A stretch of 51,530 nt of DNA, the filler included, from Streblomastix strix (Eukaryota): assembly GCA_008636045.1 (NCBI GenBank). It is 2 parts of 2 records of this genome, joined end to end, with 100 filler letters (N's around TTAATTAATTAA, not from the genome) between each part and the next. Parts side by side here need not be neighbours in the genome. Positions count along the whole stretch, not along the records: positions 1 to 25,718 come from SNRW01000193.1; 1 more part is not named here. One strand, written 5' to 3'. The translations under genes were made by a program, and so were the position numbers. This document shows, one piece after another, positions 12,300 to 23,739 of the stretch (position 1 is the stretch's first letter; each line of letters begins with the position of its first letter). Below the pieces are notes generated by a model. The model had not been told where the DNA came from and did no database searches. It worked only from the letters and a program-made list of their open reading frames with translations.

Positions 12300-13510
12300 T
12301 GGTTAAAAAGTGTCTTCAGTCTCAATGGAAGACTATGATTGGGTGATGTGAATGCCACTGAGGGGTTAAGAAAATTCCAGGTGGCTCAAACCTGAAGAAA
12401 GAACCACAGCAGGGCTTAATATTCTCCATTCAACATTGAATCTCTCATGTTCAATCTCTTCTAGTTGTGTTCTCTATTGATCTTCATCTTCTTCATTGTC
12501 AAGTTCCTCTTCAGTCTAGCCGAGGACTTCTCTGGCTTCAATATTATTGTTCTTATCATAATATTGCCTAACTGTAGAGGCAGTGTCGGATTGGTGAGTG
12601 AATCTGTCAACTTGCACACAACAGACATTATGTTTTAGGAGTTTGGTAATTGCAGCAGCTCTAATGGAGGTAACTGAGTATGTCTTGCTAATGCCAGCAG
12701 ATTGCATTACTGCTCTTATGGCTTTGCTAAGATCGTCAGCCTGGATATATTTCTCTGCATGGCTGATCATCCAGAGTTCTTGGGCTTTGTTTGGGATATC
12801 TGGTTCTCTGTCAGCAAACCAGGACTTGAACCAGCGCAATGGGCAGATTCTCTCATCAGGAATCTTGCAAATCTTGAATTCGGTAATTCCTTAAGGGGAT
12901 TTTAAGATAGTTGTTTGGATTATATACCCATCATCCGATGTGCTAATTAGTGTGGCTCTGCAATTCAGCTAGCCTGGCTACTCTGAGCACCATTATCAGA
13001 GTAGCAGCAATTGCTTTCCTTTTCTATATTGTAAGGAGGTTTTGTTCTAGTAGTGGGACTTATGATTTGAGGTAATTTAATAAAATGTCTAGATACCAAA
13101 TCTGCTTTTCTTTATCTGTTTATCTAAGTCGCATTCTTATCTTTCGCATAAGTTGTTTAACTAAGTCTGAATGTATCTATTACTCTGGGTATTCCATGAA
13201 CTTGTGCAATACAGCTAATGCAAATCGTTGATTCTTGACTGAGTCGTCCGAACATTTTTGGTTTATCGCAACTTCTAGATAGCTTGCCATAAAGATTTAT
13301 GGTTGATCTAAGTTTAACAGGTAGTCAGGTTGTTGGTGGATCCTCTTAAGGTATCTTGCCAGCAATGTGAGTCCTGCAAAATGTGTTCTCAATCGGCTTG
13401 ACCAATTAGAAATGATTAGGTCTGCCGCATTGGAACTCAGTCTTCTAGCTTATAATAATTATCTATAAATCTTCTCTCAGTCTTTGCTCCTACTATAAAA
13501 ATGTTAGATC
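12300..13510 (-). pseudogene. Tyrosine recombinase of the DIRS element
   Basis: Motifs RLAEL, TTILKSP, ICPLRWFKSW, YSVTSIRAAAITK and VDRFTHQSDTASTVRQYYDKNN. There is a frameshift immediately after RLAEL (~12960). Boundaries are approximate. Confidence 0.85.
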
Positions 13511-13529
13511 AATCCAGATGACAGCGTCC

Positions 13530-15360
13530 AGCCTTTGATTCTATGTTTCGCTCTCATTAATAAAACTTTCGTACTATCTCCTAAACATCTCTTCGGTATT
13601 GTAATCTCTCTCAGTTCTGTAAACCATTTCTAGTTTGGCCAATCTGGCGCTATCAAGAATGCTAATGAGACTTGCTCTTTCTTGATCTTCCTTATGGTTT
13701 TCAGTAGTTAAGAGATTGGTGGGTGAAGTAACGGAATTTCCTTGGACCATTCTAGACTGAATCCATTTAGCTTGTCAGCAAACTTGTCTTTGGAGATACT
13801 ACAGTACCTCGTGCATTGTCTGTTCACACATGTCCCAAATATATCTATAGAGACCTAGATCCCAAGTTCCTTGAGCGTCTTCCAGAGGATTTCTTTCTTA
13901 ATTGCGTAATCTCCGCTTTTAGATAACCTTGACAAGCAGTCTGGTATAGTGTTCGAATGGCCAGGAATATGACTAGCTTCTATTATCCAATTGTATTGTT
14001 CTGCTAACTTGAGGACCTTGTCTACTAGTGGAGCAATCGTGATTGATCCTTTGCCCTTATTAAGGCAATACATTGTAACTGTGTTGATTGTGAGTAATCG
14101 TGTTCCAATATGCTGTTATAAGGTCAATTCATGACGGAATTCTAGAAATGTTTTCAGAACTGCAGTCACTTCTAGCTGATTGGAGCTCTTGAGGTTATTG
14201 TCCTTCCACTCTCCGTGCGCAAAGACCTTCTCCTGATTCTCTCTGATCAATGTTGCCCCATATCCTGTGCTCGAAGCATCTGTTTGGTTCGTTATCTATT
14301 TATTTGGTTTCGCGACGCGCAATGGTTGATTATGGGCAAGCTTATTGATCCACCAAGTTATGTCTGGTATCGCGCTCTTGTTGAGTTGAGTCCAATTGTT
14401 CCAGCGTCTATTGGCTACTTCCTCGTCTTTCAGCTTTTAGAGCTACTTGGTGTGAAGTGCGCCTCGTTTAAATTGTACTCTTGAGTATTGGATCTCGCCA
14501 ATTACCTATGCCAAGTCCATTGTTCTTACGTGTTTCTTTCTTTTGGCTAGTTCCATCAGATGTCTTAGCTATTTCAATGCTCTTCTCCTTCGGGATGTTG
14601 TCGTTTACATTGTCATTGATCTAATGTTCCGCTACCGACACAAGAACTCTACTGTCTGTGTGGGATTGATCTGGCTCTTGTCCATGGCGATCATCCATCC
14701 GAACTCCTGTAGAATCGTCATTGCTTGTTATATTCCGTGTAGTAGTGTTATGGGATCCTAATTCAGGATCAGAATAATGTCTACGTAGACGAAGATTATT
14801 GATCTGCATCGCTTCCTGGCTTCGGCTATTACTGGTTGGAGGCATTTAGTAAAGGTTCTAGAGGCCGTTGAAACCCCAAACGGCATTCCTTTGTAGCTAT
14901 AGGAGTGACCATTAAAGCTAAAGCATAGATATGGTCGCATCTCTTCTGCAATTCAAATGTGATGGAAGGCTTGATGCAGGTCTATCGTTGCAGCCCAATC
15001 GTTTATCATTATTATTTCCTGAATGTCTGTAATCCCTTCCAACTTGAAAGACTCTGTTTACAACTAGCTATTAAGAATTTGACAACTCAGGATCTTCAGC
15101 CAGCTTCATTTCTTCTTTGGGATCGCGAATATTGGATTCCAGCACTTTATGAGAGAGTCCGAGACCTGGATTATAACGTCGTCTTCCAGCTCTTGCAAGT
15201 TAAGCTTAGATAAACTCGAATGTGCTTCTTAGTCTCCCTTGAACGCGGTCTTGTGTCTCAGGACTTCTAGGATGTGCGCGCTGTCTTAGTTTCTCCAGGT
15301 AAGCGCTTTACCTCTAAGTACTATATCGCTCTGGCCTATCGATCTCCATTGCGGCAAGAA
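13530..15360 (-). pseudogene. Reverse transcriptase / RNase H / DNA adenine methyltransferase-like polyprotein of the DIRS element
   Basis: RT motifs: WNPIFAIPKK, TIDLHQAFHHI, YKGMPFGVSTASRTFTK, IFVYVDIILIL. RNase H motifs: QTDASSTGYG, SSNQLEVTAV, HIPGHSNTIPDCLSR. MT motifs: IDIFGT, LLHPPI, LIAPDWPNQKWF. In-frame TGA at 15108-15106 and 14955-14953. Confidence 0.9.
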
Positions 15361-15479
15361 GTTCAATAATCTTGCGCCCACTTTGTACTGGACTTATGTT
15401 TAAATCGCACTGGTCTCCACCGCTGGTTGTGGAATAATAATTATTGCTCGATGGCAACTCGCAAACTATTGAATCTGGG

Positions 15480-16800
15480 TGTTTATTGTTAGCGGTCACC
15501 CCAACAAGTCATCATATTCTTCAGGTGCTTCATCCTTTTGCATGCGGTTCTAAGCTCCATTCTGCTCCTCTTCTGCTCCTTCCATCGATATCAATCATGG
15601 AGAATTTTGCTCTGCGCGCTTCTCACGATTTTGTGCTCGCTAGTTACCATTCGATTGCCTGCGCCCTCCTTCTCTGTAGTTGTTGCGTCTTCAGTAGTAC
15701 TGGCTGTTATCATGGGCAGGTGGAAATTGAGCTGGGACCGATCTGTAGTTACTTTATGCTTAATTCCTACTCTATCCTTGAGAGGAATGTGCAAGACGAA
15801 TTGATCTTAACCGCGCTCCAGCAGTTAGACACATGAGGTATGCGTCAATCAGATATCTGGAAGGTGATTAGTCGGATATAATGGGATGAATCTCTGCTAT
15901 TAACGCGCTCTCTGAGAGTGCAACTGCTGTTGCACAGTCAGCGTAGGCATGAGATGTTTCATTTGGTTGTATTTCCGCTGGTTCTAAGGTGGACCACAAA
16001 TTCTCATATCTCTATCTGTTTTATTCTGCTGACCTTCTCCAGGAGTCTCTCGGTTCCATCTTGTTCGGGTCGAACTAGGAAGCTCTATGTACTCCCACTA
16101 TCTTGACCATTTCTTTCCAAAATTCGCAATCTCTGTGGCGATGTTAGTGATGGTGATGTCGATTATGGTGTGCGTCTCTTCATAATGATCTAGAGCGACT
16201 AAATTAGCTTGAGTACGAGATTGAAATACTGTGTCTCCTGCGCTTGCGCTTTCTAGAGCGTGTCTTGTGATGTCTTCCGGACCTTGAGCTAATAATGCTG
16301 CTCGATGACTCAGAAAGAGACCTTTCTATTCGTTCGCGCCTCTTTTTCTGTTGAGCATGGAAACCCGAGTCCGAGTCATCGATACTTGAAGCTGCACTCG
16401 ATGGCGGTGTGCTGGCACGCGGTAATAACGCTGCAGGCTGTCCAAGATTGCTATTCGCGGTAAGCCATGCTCTAGGACCATGCTTCATAATGAATCTGAG
16501 CTACTTCTCCTAGCTACTAGCCACTTGTGCATAAGTCATCTTCTGTTGCGTTTCAATTTTTGAAAATGTGTTGTTCATCGCTGGAAATCTCTAGGTTAGG
16601 TCATAAAGCGCCATTTGCCTGCCCGACATGTGTAATTTAAGTGCATCTAAGCTTCTCTATGAAACTGGGGTCGCCCATGTCAAAGGTCGGTGGGACAAAG
16701 CCTTAATCCGCTAAAAACGCTTCTATTTCGGGTCTAGGCATGAATGCTAGCACTAAAAGTGCCTTCATGTCTTCATCATACGCCAAGGGACCTTGCTCTT
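15480..16800 (-). pseudogene. gag-like ORF1 of the DIRS element, frameshifted
   Basis: A long, broken frame upstream of RT that includes a Ser/Arg/His-rich tract (RSRKRKRRRHSIS...HHNRHHHHQHRH). The assignment is positional. Confidence 0.55.
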
Positions 16801-18307
16801 GCAAAAAAACAAGATTATTACTCCTTTTCTGCTATTTAAAGACTTTTTCGGGCAGGGCCCATTGGAGGGTGCCTTGAGAGTCAAAAACTACCGAATATAT
16901 GTATCAGAAAGCATTAATCGCCCAAACTAATATAAGGAATAAATAAATTTATATATTTGTTAACGGTTATAAACAATTGACACATATTAATTTCTATCGT
17001 TACTGCATATAGGCAAATCGAATCGCATTACGGATGAAGAACGCATTATTCAAATTCGTTTACGATTTGGACAAAAGGTCATAGTAAATGTGGACCAGTA
17101 ATTGTTTCGATAATTGTTATGATTTTCCAATATTACTAATTTATAAATAAATAAAAATTTAAGAGGTAATAGATCATTAATTTGCATTAGATTTTTTATG
17201 TTTTAAATATATGCTTCAGATATACGCATTATGTCATGTATATAATCTAACATAAAATATAGATTTGAAGCATATTTTTTCTTTGCTTCAATATCTTTAA
17301 TTTCATTATAGAATTGTTTGTATTCTTATAGTAATTTTAGTTCTTGCAATTTAAAATACTCATATATTTAATTGTCCATTTTAAACAGCGAACAAAAATA
17401 ATAATTCAAATTAATTTAGGTAAAATAATTATCATATGTAAATTTACTATCATTTCAAATATTATGTTTAATTCATTTTCCACTGCTTCAGTAATAAAAC
17501 TGTCAGTTAAAATCATAAATTAACGATTGTTTAATTATTCTTTTAAATTATAATACTTATTTGTTATCGCACTATAAAATCCTTCAATAGTTCTGAGATT
17601 ATATTGATTTAGTTTTAATATTAAAACAGGAAATAATCAATCAATATAAATCAAAATTAATATCATTATCCTATTCTTCAAACTATTCAGATCCATCTTA
17701 ACATTCGTGTGGAGCTTAAACCTATTCAATTACTTATTTTTTTGGTTCTTTTGGTTGTTTATATCGTTTAAATTTTTATTTATATTTCTCTATTTATTTA
17801 ACATCATCTTAATGTTATTATTTAATAAACGAATTTTCTGTTCTCAGCCTGATTAGTTCTTCCAAATCAAGTTGAGGATTAGTGTAATTAATTTAATGAA
17901 TTTTTGATGTTTTAACTACTCCACTTCTAATTTAATTCTTTAATGGTTTTCCCCTAATTCACTTATTGATATTTCATCACTTTCATTTTAATCCTCTTAC
18001 GGTTCATAAGATATAAAATCATCATCTTCTTCAATTTATTTTAAGGATGTTTTTAAACTTTTTTCTTGTGTTTAGCGGAGCTCTAACCATCGATCGCTAA
18101 TCCTTCTCCACGTGCTTACAACAATAACTTATTTTATTATGTTTAAGTTAATTTTTTTTAAGTGTATTCTTTCCTTCTTCGAACACTATACTAACTTTAT
18201 TAATTTAGATTACATATCCATTGTCAAATTATTCAATATTAATTCAATTCTCTATCAAATTCTTTAATGCGTGTTATAAATCCATTTAAAAATTTTTAAA
18301 TAAAAAA

Positions 18308-19053
18308 TGATAAAAGGCATAGAAAGAAACTCAATTCGAATGTCAAACACCGAAAAATAAATGGCTGAGATTAAACATAAAGAACTAACAGATGAAGATA
18401 AAATAAGATTGCAATTGATAGATGATGCAATAAGCAAAATTAAATCAATGCAAAGACTTGATCTAGAACGTTGTGAAACCGTTGACGATACGATTAAACC
18501 AAAAGAAAATGCAATTTTAATTGATAATGAAATTATTCCAGTGACATATGAATAATTGATCCTTACACAAAAAAAATTACTAGGAACAAGAATAAATATA
18601 ATAAAGATAAATATAAACATATTGATAGAACAACTGCATAAGTAATCTCTGAGAAAGTAGTTAAAAATACTTATCTGTCTCATTCAAATCTTGAAGTAAT
18701 AAAATTCATTATCGATCGGTTATAGGCATTAGTTACAACAAGAAAAAGTGGTGATGATTTTATACTTTCTTCAGATAATTTTATTAAACTTCGTTCATTA
18801 ATTACTTAACTGAATAAAGACGATATAGAAATTGTACTAGAAAAACAATTAATGAGATCCCATTCATGTATGGGTAAATCATATAAAAGGAAAGATTTAA
18901 TAAGAATAAAAGATGTATTAATAAAAAAATGGTAGCATTTCAGTTACTGATAATGTTCCTTTCAATTCAATTGAGAAACTATTTCGAATAAAAAAGGATT
19001 TTGTTCGTTTATCTGATGCTCCTACATCAGAGATAACCAAAGATGATTTTTGA
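18308..19053 (+). pseudogene. Element-encoded hypothetical protein, frameshifted
   Basis: Reads MIKGIERNSIRMSNTEKQMAEIKHKELTDEDKIRLQL..., shifts frame, then continues DRTTAQVISEKVVKNTYLSHSNLEVIKFIIDRL... No introns. Confidence 0.45.
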
Positions 19054-19112
19054 AATAATTATTTTATCTGTAATTTTTATTTTACATTTAATTATTTTTA
19101 CTGACAACAAAA

Positions 19113-20420
19113 ATGCTTGCACAATTTGAAATAGTTAAAGATAAATTACTTGTTCATCCTCAAAATATACCAAAGGAAATATACATTGAACCTTTTTATT
19201 AATATGGTGATGATTTCTATTATCGAACAGAAAATATATACAATAAATCATACTACAAGTTACTTAAAATATATGGCAACAATCCAACTTATCATTTATA
19301 AGATTATATAATGATTGAGAAGAGAAATAATTTGTATAATGATGATACAATTAAATAGTATACGTAACAGATGAAATATCCTATGCGAAACTTTAGTGAA
19401 GAGGAAGCAGTTAAATATCGTGAACTAAGAGAAACAAATGAACAAATGTAATCTCAAACAAAATATAATTAATGTAATTAATTTGGGGGTAAACGTCTAG
19501 TTAATTATATATAGATTACTATGTTAATGAAAGCTGAGGTTTGCAATCATTAACTTGAGCTATGCTGTGCTTTGGTTATTGAAAAGCCTATTATTTTTGT
19601 ATTAAAAATGGATTATTAATTAAGCGATTTAGATACGGTTGATGAAGATGAACAGATTAATTAATAAGAATAGATAAATAAAATAATATAATAATAAGAA
19701 GTGCAATAAAAATAAATTAAAAAACGTAATGCATTATTTTAAGTTACTGACAATGAGTTAATAAAGTACTTTAATTATTTGAGTTCATTTTTTAGGAATT
19801 CTATAGATTTTGTTAATTTTCATATTGACTAGATTATTCATGTAGTAAAGACATTTTTATAACTAATTATTGCTGGAAAAATTATTAAATAAGGTTGATC
19901 AAGTAACTGAATTCTATTAACAAATGGAAGTACTATTGATAAAGATAAATTAGACCATGAATCTATTGAAAATGCACGTTATTTATCAATTGTTTATAGA
20001 ATGTATGAATAATTAATATTGGGTACTTTAAAAACATATAATAATGGAGTATATATCATTGTTAGTAGCTCACTCCGACACTAATACTGTTTGCAATAAA
20101 GGATATACTTTATTCTCAATCGTTTATATTGCTATAAAACTAAAATTCACCGGAACACAGTAACATACCTTTAAATGCTATTATATATGTGATCAAATAA
20201 TCTAATCATCCAATAGTATAAACTAATGCGGTTACTATTGATTGTTATACTAATCCTAATTGAAATGTTATAATAAATACAATGTGTTAGATTAATTTAC
20301 CTGATGATTTTGCTATTTAGATTTACGATTCATATGTTTCTCATAATTAATCAGCAAATTGATTAAATTAAATATAAACAACATATACGGATTTATTGAA
20401 ACAATCATTTACGCTCTAGA
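19113..20420 (+). pseudogene. One or two element-encoded hypothetical proteins; the distal part may be fibre/structural
   Basis: ATG at 19113 is in frame with the first TGA at 19896-19898 (MLAQFEIVKDKLLVHPQNIP...). Broken coding sequence continues as ILLTNGSTIDKDKLDHESIENARYLSIVY... and is beta-rich. Confidence 0.4.
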
Positions 20421-20593
20421 TTAATTGAACATTAACTAGCACGCAATCCTTAAGACTATTTGAGGAGCAACAATTAAATATGCCTGCGAATCAAAGATTT
20501 GCCGTTGATGATTTAAACAAAGTTTCTGGTAACAAAGTTACTAAAAATAGGTTTGTTTTTGTTTTGCGAAGCTCAAACCTACTGTTTTCACTT

Positions 20594-22623
20594 TCATTGA
20601 GGTTTAATTGCATCATTAGCAAGTTCTCCATAAAATCAATATTTAGTACTTAAGGCATTGAACTGACATCAAATATAATTCTAACAAACGCGTCACACAA
20701 GTAATGCATCATTGGAGTAATTGATGCTTTATTAGGATCAGGATATGATCTTGTTCCAAAGAATTATTTGAAATCATTTTAGTTTTATGATGGACTTATA
20801 TTAGATGTATCAATAATGCCTTTAGTCAAATTTCCTTATAAAATCACTTATATATTAGTTCTAGAACCTAGCTTTGAGGAGTTATTACCACGCATAAATG
20901 AATCATCAGTAGCCAATTTCCATGTCAGCATATATTTATTAGGATATAATGTTCTAACAGCTTTACTTCCACTATACAATGCTGTTAAATAGAATATGTT
21001 GGCTGTTTTATATTAATCGTAATTATCTATCTATCAATAGAAATGGCTCCTATCATCAACATTCAAGTTCTTGAATTTAAGATAATGATATAGATCTAAT
21101 GGTATACTAACAACATCTTAATCAACGATGCAGTCAAACATTTATGCATTAGTTACTTAATTTAATGATTTATATGGTTATGGGATAATATTATTCTGAT
21201 CAATTATTAGATTTAGTCCTGATAATAATACAGGGAAAAACCATGTTGGATATTAGGACTTTGCAAATGTCATAAATGATGCCTTTATGTTAGAGAATAG
21301 CATAATGCTTTACATTGATCCACTTTCTTTATCAAATCCATTAAATGAAATGTTTGATGATTTGTTCTAATTACTTATGAAGGAAAATTAATTATTTTTT
21401 GTTATTGAATCATACTAATTATAGCATCTTCATTTTCAATATTGAAGCACACGTATTATATCTCTAACTCATCAAATTTAGCTGTTCCAATCTAACAAAT
21501 TGAATTTTGTGGTATCTTATCACCGTTAGCAGCATTTTGCATATTTACAATTCTTACATTATATTTTTAATACTATAGATCATCTGCGTCGTCTCCAGAT
21601 AATAGATAAACGATATCAGGTTTCTCAAGAGGAATCATATGATAAGCTAAATGGTTATTTTATACTGTATCATTTTTGTTAAGCCAAACAATCTTCAAAT
21701 CTTATAGAAAATCTTATATCCATTATTATAGATGTAATGTTGCATAATTACGAGGAAGAATAAGAAATGAATTAAATATAGGATTTAGTTGGTTAAGATC
21801 AAGTACTTCACTAAATGTAATATCATTAGGAATTCTGTAATAGAATAGTGTTCCAATGGTAGCAGCAGTTGCTTACCTATCAATTTCACAAAGAGGGATA
21901 TCAATAAATATTCTATAATGACGTTTTCCTTCAATTATACTTTCTAGGGGTGATACACTAACGCTATTTTTAGTTCACAAATCTCTAAGAGAATTCCCGC
22001 TAATTATATAAACAAATTAGGTGATAAAATTATTTTGTTAGCAAACTAATATTATGATGTCTAAACTTTCGAAACGTATTTACTTCTTACTTCAGGCACA
22101 AACTAGCCATAGTAATTAGTTGGTCCAACAGCCGTATATACGTCCTGCCAATCGCCGACCGAAAAAGCAGGTAGCAAGCAAATTATTTTTATAAGTTATG
22201 TGTTAATGCTGTTCATGACTTATTGCAAGGTTTGCTATTAAAAATTCATTGGTTTGGTGTCTGATGTCATAAATGTTGCATTAGGGTTTATATCAACCTA
22301 CTTACCAAATAAATATCGAATAGACAGCCCATTTGTCTCCGAGCTAGTACCTTCTGCAAATTTCATTGGTTCAATTGTTGCTATATAGTTATTTGTTGTT
22401 GGACAATGTAGTAGTTTCAAATTCATCGTACGGTACGTAATAGTAGTTCATATGTCAGGAAGATGTTCGATGTCATCCACTACTTAGTGAATATAATATT
22501 TCAGGATTTTACCCGTTTTAATATCCTTAAATGGTGTTAGCAACTTGTAAGTAACATTTTCATGCTCACATTTTATAAATGTTGCTATTTAATTAAATTA
22601 TCTACGTTATTTTTCGAATCCAT
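20594..22623 (-). pseudogene. Putative major capsid protein (double jelly-roll, inferred) of the Maverick-like element, with stops and frameshifts
   Basis: About 2.0 kb of coding remnant, rich in beta-strand pattern: RIFIDIPLCEID...LDLNQLNPIFNSFLILPRNYATLHL...IINFPSQVIRT...PNKYMLTWKLATDDSFMRGNNSSKLG...TPMMHYLCDAFVRIIFD. Size and position next to an integrase fit an MCP; the fold is unverified. Confidence 0.5.
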
Positions 22624-23104
22624 GTTTTGTTTTTTATAAATCAAGGTATATCATTATTATGTTTCCTTTCACTAAATTCTACTACTTATTTTTTAATTTG
22701 CAATTCTTTTATAGCATTTAATTCTTGTATCTTCTTCCGAATATATATACATACGAGGTCTTCGTAGCTGTTAACTTATGATGGTGTCAAAATCTTTTTT
22801 TGATAAAAAATGCTATTTTTAACGACTATCTTGATAACTTTAACACGATGCATTACCAGTTAATGATTAAAATAAGGTAATTTGTAAATATTTAGATATT
22901 GCGAAGCTCTATTGACCGAGTAAAAATTTTTATAGTTACAATCAATGATTAATATTTTTTTGCGAGGCCCATAAAGCCGAGTAGAATTTTTTTTTCTTAA
23001 TATATATCTTTTCCTTCAATTTTCAAAATGACTTGATACTCATACCAATAAATTCTTTTTTAACATATTGCAAAATGCAACATGTCCAAAGGCTAGAGGG
23101 AACG

Positions 23105-23739
23105 CTGGTTGTTGTAATCATTCACAACTTACTGTGTTTTCTTATTATTAGTCATAAATTTAACATCATTTTCAAATGCGTTTCTTATCGTTCTAACTAT
23201 CGAATCAACAATACGATTTTATTTATAAAAGCTGATGAATTATATTAATATTTTACATTATTTTCTTTTAAATATTCTTTGATTTGCTAGCCACTAAATG
23301 CTGCCTCAACATAAGACCGAATACCTTTTACAGTCCAATCTTTTATAAGTTAGTTGATACATTTTAATATCTTTTTTGCCATTTTATCTTTTATTGGAAA
23401 TACTACTAAAAATATGGTAAATATATTGATGCTAAACATGTATTATTAAAAAGTTTTATTAATCATTTGGTGTATTTCAAAAATGATATCAATTTTCCAG
23501 CTCCAAGTTTCTGGAGAAAAATATGGTCCTTAAAATTTTCTTAAAAACTTTAGTTTTATATCAAATACTATATCATACTTGTTTTTAATTTTACGGCGGA
23601 ATGGGTTTTAAATTTGTTTGGGTTTTTAAATTTGTTTAGGTTTAGGCAATGATTTTGCATTTTGTTTTATGCGTTAAGCATGACTTTCATTGATTTTAAA
23701 TACTTTATCGTCAATAAATTTGTTAATTGATTTTTACAT
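23105..23739 (-). pseudogene. Retroviral-like (rve, DDE/D) integrase of Maverick/Polinton type, frameshifted and 3'-truncated
   Basis: Reconstructed across frameshifts: GPYFSPETWSWKIDIIF...YMFSINIFTIFLVVFPIKDK...VKGIRSYVEAAF...RIVDSIVRTIRNAF...QVVNDYNN. This follows the rve core order (W.ID; YL..I.......V.P; I.(GD).E..F; VD/ER..RTIR; V..YNN). The second Asp is apparently lost. Confidence 0.75.

Larger units (their letters stand above)
11979..16920 (-). mobile_element. DIRS-order tyrosine-recombinase retrotransposon (gag, RT-RNaseH-methyltransferase, YR), degenerate
   Basis: Sharp rise in GC, no introns, and the domain order gag > RT > RH > MT > YR on the minus strand. The left end is defined by the break in AP3B homology; the right end is approximate. 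Confidence 0.9.

Noticed and set aside
15444..16106. Several + strand ORFs within the DIRS element as antisense genes
   Set aside because: No recognisable domains, and such ORFs are expected by chance in higher-GC sequence opposite gag.
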